This document shows positions 58,857-64,000 of a DNA stretch of 64,000 nt, piece by piece; the first letter of the stretch is position 1; every line of letters starts with the position of its first letter. The stretch comes from Nitrososphaerales archaeon (GTDB lineage: Archaea; Thermoproteota; Nitrososphaeria; Nitrososphaerales; UBA213). The notes under the pieces are model-generated. The model was not told where the DNA came from and ran no database searches. It was given only the letters and a program-made list of their open reading frames with translations. The position numbers were made by a program, and so were the translations under genes. The stretch spans positions 288,001 through 352,000 of the forward strand of contig CBDAOC010000019.1 in the NCBI GenBank assembly GCA_965197925.1, in the 5' to 3' direction.

Positions 58857-60206
58857 TTAAATATTTGAATATTCCTGCATTATCAAAGTGGCATAACTAA
58901 CACCGTCAAGCACATTCTTAATGGTAGTAAACTCATTTGGTGCATGAATGTTCGCATAAGGTGGCGAACATCCTGTCCAGACAGATTGCAGTTTCAGTAT
59001 TTTGGTAAAAACAAAGTCTGGGCCCGAACCCCACATGCTAGGAAAAACAGAAGGTTTCTTCCCATAGACCAGTTCCGCAGCTTTCGACGTAGCCTTTACG
59101 ATCTTTGCTTTGATATCAGTTTTTGAGGGTTCTACAGTTCCTAACTTGTAGATTAACATATCTGTAAATCCGCCCTTTGCCAAATATATCCTAAGCTTCT
59201 TTACAAGATCCTCAGTGCTTTGATCATACACAAGCCTGAAATCAATCTTTACAAACGCCTCATTTGGAAGAACAGTTTTTGCCCCCGTTGAAGTGTAACC
59301 GGACTGAATACCAGCTATGTTACAGGTAGGTTCAAAAAGGAGTTTTTTCAACGCCTCCTTGCCTCCAGCTCCCCCGATCAGTGATTTAACACCGTACTCT
59401 TTCTTGATCATCTTTTCATCATAATCCAATTTTTTAACTATTGCAAGGTCATCATCGCTCGGAACTTTCACATCATCATACCACCCATCGACAATTATCT
59501 TATCATCTTTGGTCATTGAATGTAACGCACTAACCAAACGCCATGCGGGATTGGGCACTAGAGGTGCCAGACCAGAATGGACGTCTATAGAAGCTGTTTT
59601 ACATCTCAATTCAATGTATAACAAGCCTTTCAAACCTGCATAAATGGATGACGTACCCGTAGGATTTAGAGAGCTATCGAAACATAAACTCGCATCGGCC
59701 TTTAACATTTGTTTATTATCCTTCACATATTGGGGTAAGTTGATAGAAGATATTTCCTCCTCACCCTCGAAAAGAAACTTGAGATGAAGCGGCGGTTCCC
59801 CTACGGTATCAAGGTAAGTTTTAGCGGCCTTTATCAGAGCTATGATATTTCCCTTAGAGTCTGAAGCTCCTCTTCCATGTATTCGATTGTCTGCGACGAC
59901 CCCAGAAAAGGGATTATACTTCCATTCATCCATTGGTTCTACCGGTTGGACATCATAATGCCCGTAAAGTAGCAATGTTTTCTTACCGCTTGACTTGACT
60001 TCACCATAAACTATTGGGTTTCCATCCTTTAGCTTGGTGATATTAGTATAAATTCCAGAATCACGCATGATTTCATTTAATGCAGAAGCACATTCCTCTA
60101 TTCCTACATTTTGTGCTGATATACTGGGGTGTTTTACTAACTTTCTTAAATCGCTAACAATATCATCTTGGTTATTTGCAACATGATCTCCTAACCTGCT
60201 TTGCAT
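58857..60206 (-). CDS. M20/M25/M40 metallopeptidase (ArgE/DapE-like)
   Basis: YGHYDVQP, RGASDSKG, EGEEE, HAPNE. Confidence 0.93.
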   Translation of the reverse strand: MQSRLGDHVANNQDDIVSDLRKLVKHPSISAQNVGIEECASALNEIMRDSGIYTNITKLKDGNPIVYGEVKSSGKKTLLLYGHYDVQPVEPMDEWKYNPFSGVVADNRIHGRGASDSKGNIIALIKAAKTYLDTVGEPPLHLKFLFEGEEEISSINLPQYVKDNKQMLKADASLCFDSSLNPTGTSSIYAGLKGLLYIELRCKTASIDVHSGLAPLVPNPAWRLVSALHSMTKDDKIIVDGWYDDVKVPSDDDLAIVKKLDYDEKMIKKEYGVKSLIGGAGGKEALKKLLFEPTCNIAGIQSGYTSTGAKTVLPNEAFVKIDFRLVYDQSTEDLVKKLRIYLAKGGFTDMLIYKLGTVEPSKTDIKAKIVKATSKAAELVYGKKPSVFPSMWGSGPDFVFTKILKLQSVWTGCSPPYANIHAPNEFTTIKNVLDGVSYATLIMQEYSNI

Positions 60207-60309
60207 ATCAGGCTATTAGAACCCACATGAACTTAATGCTTTTGCATGGGTACATGAGATGGACAGGGTAGATATTCTATTATTGATGTAAAGTGAGGCT
60301 CTAATATTA

Positions 60310-61272
60310 TTAGATAAATGAGACATTCATCTCATCAAGTAATTTACCTATATCAGTAATAGACTTCCCACCCTTCTCAATGATCTGTTTTGCGGGGGGG
60401 TTCTTAAGGTAAGTATCCAACCTTGTATTTAGTCTCTCCTCGTAACTTGGTATATGCTGATTTTGGTAAAAAATACCAATCGGTATCTTTTCGCCCCACT
60501 CATGCGATTTTTCTACAGCTTGTACTATCTTAGCATTATTTTCAGATTCATCCTGACCATCCTTAACTTCCGGGTCATACCCATTTCCTTCCAGCTTATA
60601 CACCCTTGGCATTGCTGCACCATTGAGGTCCTTCCTGTCAATGCCGGAGAACCAATCCTTAGTATGAATATCATTGTAGGTAGGGCAGGGCTGCAACACA
60701 TCCACAAATGCAAGACCCTTATGTTGAATTGCCTTCTTCATTATACCCTTCATATGTGATATATCAAATGAATATGCTCTGGCAATGAATGTGAACCCGG
60801 ATGCCAATGCAAGCATAATTGGATTCACACCCTGATTTACATTGGGACCTGGGAGAGATTTTGTTTGCAAGTTGAATTTAAGTGTTGGAGCCGCCTGTCC
60901 TTTTGTCAAGCCATACACAGCGTTATCAAACAACAAATACATCATATCGATATTTCTTCTTCCAATATTTACAAAGTGCCCGGCACCGATACCCAAACCT
61001 CCACCATCTCCACCTACAGCTATCACTTCTAAATCAGGGTTTGCCAGCTTTGCTCCAGTAGCGTATGGCAGTACCCTTCCATGTAGCGTATGTATCCCAT
61101 TAACCTTGATGTAGTGTGGGGTCTTCCCTGAACAACCTATATCTGAAAATACTGCAACGTTATGTGGTGCCATCTGCATGTCAGCCAATGTCATCTGTAT
61201 CGCATTAAGTATTCCAAAATCTCCGCAGCCAGGACACCAGTCATTGTGTTTCCCTGATTTATAATCAGTCAA
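60310..61272 (-). CDS. korB: 2-oxoacid:ferredoxin oxidoreductase beta subunit
   Basis: WCPGCGD, IGCS, LHGR, GGDG, YGLTKGQ, QPCPTYN. Confidence 0.93.
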   Translation of the reverse strand: MTDYKSGKHNDWCPGCGDFGILNAIQMTLADMQMAPHNVAVFSDIGCSGKTPHYIKVNGIHTLHGRVLPYATGAKLANPDLEVIAVGGDGGGLGIGAGHFVNIGRRNIDMMYLLFDNAVYGLTKGQAAPTLKFNLQTKSLPGPNVNQGVNPIMLALASGFTFIARAYSFDISHMKGIMKKAIQHKGLAFVDVLQPCPTYNDIHTKDWFSGIDRKDLNGAAMPRVYKLEGNGYDPEVKDGQDESENNAKIVQAVEKSHEWGEKIPIGIFYQNQHIPSYEERLNTRLDTYLKNPPAKQIIEKGGKSITDIGKLLDEMNVSFI

Positions 61273-61273
61273 T

Positions 61274-63202
61274 TTAAGTGCCAGCCGTTAGCACCTCCCT
61301 TGGGTTCGCATTTCCATCAATAATTTTCTTTAATATGTGATAAACCTCACTAAGTGAAATTGCCCTTCCATTGTATTTAACTACCAAGTGATCAGGATCG
61401 CGTTTGAGGTTTTCACTAAGGAGCTTAGCAAGCTGGCCGGTGTAGTTCATTTCAACATCAATCAATAAGCGAGTTTTTGAAAGCAAAGATTCCACCAGCT
61501 TAGTAGGAAAGGGATTAAGCAGTCTCATCTGTACGAAGTTTATCCTTTTCCCCTCCTTAGCAAGTAAATCCATGGCATCCAAGATAGCGCCCTTTGTAGA
61601 TCCCCAACTAATAATGGTCACATCTGAATCTTCACCAAACTTCACTGCCTTGTCCTCATCAGCTATCCCTAGAACCAGATCCAACTTACCCATTCTCTTG
61701 TTCATCATTTTTATTCTGATGTTGGGATGTTCAGTAATGTGACCATCAGGCTCATGTTCATCACCAGTATTCCAAAATATTCCATTTTCGGTTCCAAGTT
61801 TTACGCGTGGAGATACCCCGCTTTCAGTAAACTCAAACCGCTCATACTTTTGTTGTCCATCAACCTTGTCTAAAAGCAATCCCCTCTCAATATTCACCCT
61901 TTGAGAATCGAGCCGCTTGATCGTTACTACAGTACTTCCAAGTAACTTGTCGACGATATGAATTACGGGTGTTTGATATCTCTCCGAATAATTGAAGGCC
62001 TTTATTGAATCATAGAATGATTCTTCCACATCACCTGAAGCAATCACTATCCTCGGAAATTCCCCATGACCTGCATGTATGGCAAATTGCAGATCACCTT
62101 GCTCGTGCCTAGTTGGGAGGCCTGTGGCAGGTCCTGCTCTTTGGTATAACGTTATAACTATAGGTATCTCATTTATCCCTGCCCATCCAATCGCTTCTGC
62201 CATTAAGGAAAATCCAGGACCAGATGTACATGTCGCCGACCTCGCACCAGACAGTGCTCCTCCAGTTGCCATTGTGATTGCCGCTATTTCATCTTCGGTC
62301 TGGACTATAGTAAATCCACCCTTTTGTTCGATATCAATAAGGTCCAAGGAATCGTTTGCTTCAAGGAATTCACTCTCATCAGAAGCAGGGGTTATGGGGT
62401 AGTATGTTTGGAATCTGCAACCAGCTACCATCTTTCCTAATCCAGTTGCTTGGTGGCCCTGAATAAGTATAAGGTTATTATCAACTTCTCTAGCCTGTAG
62501 TTTGTATCTAAAGTGATTGCCAAACTTTGCTTTTGTGTGGTTATATGTATAATTTGCAGCTTCGATATTCATATCAACAATTTTGGGTTTTGTCTTGAAT
62601 GTATACTTGATCCCTCCAGCAATAGTACTTTCGTCATAGTCTAGTAAAGCGAATGATGACGCCATGGCCATTACGTTTATCATCCTCATTAACTTACCCA
62701 TTGATGGCTGATTCTTCTTTTCTGCCAGGTCTCGAAGCAAATTCTTGAATTCTACCGGAAATAGACTTGCCCCATTATCTTTGGCAAGATCGAGCATATT
62801 CCCTATTGTTTCCCCTTTACCCGCTGTTTCCAATTTTTCCTTCAGTTCTTCCATTATAGGGTCTTCCATTGTTGGAACTTCATCGATGGAAATTTCAACC
62901 AAACTTGAATCGTATACAATTGCTCCTCCGCTAACTACATGCAAAGAATGTGTAAACAGTGTTTCCGCATCAAATGCAACTAGGACATCAATTTCATCAA
63001 CATGTGATCTAATGGGTTTTTCGCTTACACGTATTGTAAAATAACTATGCATGCCCTTAATATTGGAATAATATTCTCGCTTGCCATATACATGCAAGCC
63101 TCCAAGAGCACATGATTTGGCAAATATATTGGCAACGGTGTCGACACCACTGCCTTGGGCTCCACCAATTACCCATGATAAATTATTAATAATCTGTTCC
63201 AT
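61274..63202 (-). CDS. korA: 2-oxoacid:ferredoxin oxidoreductase alpha subunit (gamma-alpha fusion)
   Basis: [37 protein letters not shown]. Confidence 0.94.
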   Translation of the reverse strand: MEQIINNLSWVIGGAQGSGVDTVANIFAKSCALGGLHVYGKREYYSNIKGMHSYFTIRVSEKPIRSHVDEIDVLVAFDAETLFTHSLHVVSGGAIVYDSSLVEISIDEVPTMEDPIMEELKEKLETAGKGETIGNMLDLAKDNGASLFPVEFKNLLRDLAEKKNQPSMGKLMRMINVMAMASSFALLDYDESTIAGGIKYTFKTKPKIVDMNIEAANYTYNHTKAKFGNHFRYKLQAREVDNNLILIQGHQATGLGKMVAGCRFQTYYPITPASDESEFLEANDSLDLIDIEQKGGFTIVQTEDEIAAITMATGGALSGARSATCTSGPGFSLMAEAIGWAGINEIPIVITLYQRAGPATGLPTRHEQGDLQFAIHAGHGEFPRIVIASGDVEESFYDSIKAFNYSERYQTPVIHIVDKLLGSTVVTIKRLDSQRVNIERGLLLDKVDGQQKYERFEFTESGVSPRVKLGTENGIFWNTGDEHEPDGHITEHPNIRIKMMNKRMGKLDLVLGIADEDKAVKFGEDSDVTIISWGSTKGAILDAMDLLAKEGKRINFVQMRLLNPFPTKLVESLLSKTRLLIDVEMNYTGQLAKLLSENLKRDPDHLVVKYNGRAISLSEVYHILKKIIDGNANPREVLTAGT

Positions 63203-63245
63203 TATGTAATTTTTACATCATTTCATCCTATTAATGGTTTACAGC

Positions 63246-63383
63246 TTATCCCCCACCAGTTGCTGTATCAAACAAACAGCATTCACAATCATCTCTTTCT
63301 CCACAAAAGGGGCAAACGCAAACACATGACTCGACTGAAATACCACAAAAATCGCATAAAGCAATCTCCTCGGTGTCACTCAT
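63246..63383 (-). CDS. 45-aa Cys-rich peptide (not in ORF track)
   Basis: MSDTEEIALCDFCGISVESCVCVCPFCGERDDCECCLFDTATGGG; 9 Cys; 43 bp upstream of korA on the same strand. Confidence 0.75.
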   Translation of the reverse strand: MSDTEEIALCDFCGISVESCVCVCPFCGERDDCECCLFDTATGGG

Positions 63384-63495
63384 AAACATATTTTGTACAA
63401 CATTGTATTAATAGTTTTTATGAACAAGAATTGAGGACTGGAAATCCTCTCACTAGTGCTATGATTAAAATAAAAGAATCTAATTTTAATTATGC

Positions 63496-64000
63496 ATGTA
63501 CAGATCAAGATTAAAAGGAAGATTGAATAGAGAGGTACTGAATTATTTATCGTCGATAAATGATGATCTTGTCCTCTTGCACTATGATATTGTTGGTAGT
63601 GAAGCACATTCTATAATGCTTTACGAGCAGGGATTGATCAAAAGGGCGGAATTGAAGAAAATATTAGATGCCTTGGAAAGTACAAAAGAAGACCAACTGA
63701 AAAAGCTTGCTTCTAACTATGAAGATATTCATGAAGCTGTGGAGGCATTGGTTGTAAAAAAAGCCGGTGCAAGTGCAGGTGGAAAAATGCACACCGCACG
63801 ATCAAGAAATGATCAGGTTGCGCTTGATATAAAAATGAAGGAGAGGGACGATATTAATAATATCAGTTTACAGGTAATTGAGTTAATTAAACTTCTTCTG
63901 TTAAGAGCAGAGGAGAATAAGGATTCTGTCATGCTTATGTATACACATCTGCAACATGCTCAGATAGGAACCTTTTCACATTATCTAATCTCATACACAG
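63496..64000 (+). CDS. argH: Argininosuccinate lyase (3'-truncated by window)
   Basis: MYRSRL..., YDIVGSEAH, EDIHEAVE, KMHTARSRNDQV, YTHLQHAQ. Confidence 0.95.
   Translation, partial: MYRSRLKGRLNREVLNYLSSINDDLVLLHYDIVGSEAHSIMLYEQGLIKRAELKKILDALESTKEDQLKKLASNYEDIHEAVEALVVKKAGASAGGKMHTARSRNDQVALDIKMKERDDINNISLQVIELIKLLLLRAEENKDSVMLMYTHLQHAQIGTFSHYLISYT

Overview
An AT-rich archaeal chromosome segment, most consistent with Nitrososphaerota (Thaumarchaeota). The basis is a tRNA-Leu with a bulge-helix-bulge (BHB) intron, Lsm, NOB1, PAC2, short XPF, PEF(G)-CTERM-type surface proteins and a zinc-ferredoxin-like domain. The housekeeping backbone is hemL-hemC-cobA-hemD, sufB-sufD-Rieske-sufS-sufU, pgk, bcp, guaB, purN-folD-5-FTHF cyclo-ligase, NAD kinase-nob1, rhodanese, GT2, lsm-metK, PAC2, SSB, an M20 peptidase, 2-oxoacid:ferredoxin oxidoreductase alpha/beta and argH. 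It is interrupted by about 14 IS-derived segments, none with an intact transposase, and by several pseudogenes (integrase, XPF, RTX-repeat protein, HAD hydrolase). The most interesting items are: (1) a coupled operon of a wHTH/11-residue-repeat coiled-coil protein and a divergent AAA+ ATPase; (2) a 45-aa, 9-Cys peptide ending in GGG just upstream of the oxidoreductase operon, absent from the ORF track; (3) five perfect 24-bp repeats each containing a TATA-box-like motif; (4) an IS family whose eight flanks all fit ANNTANNT and whose copies are mosaics; (5) diverged junction duplications in the hem operon that create coupled mini-ORFs. All calls come from reading the sequence; no searches were run.
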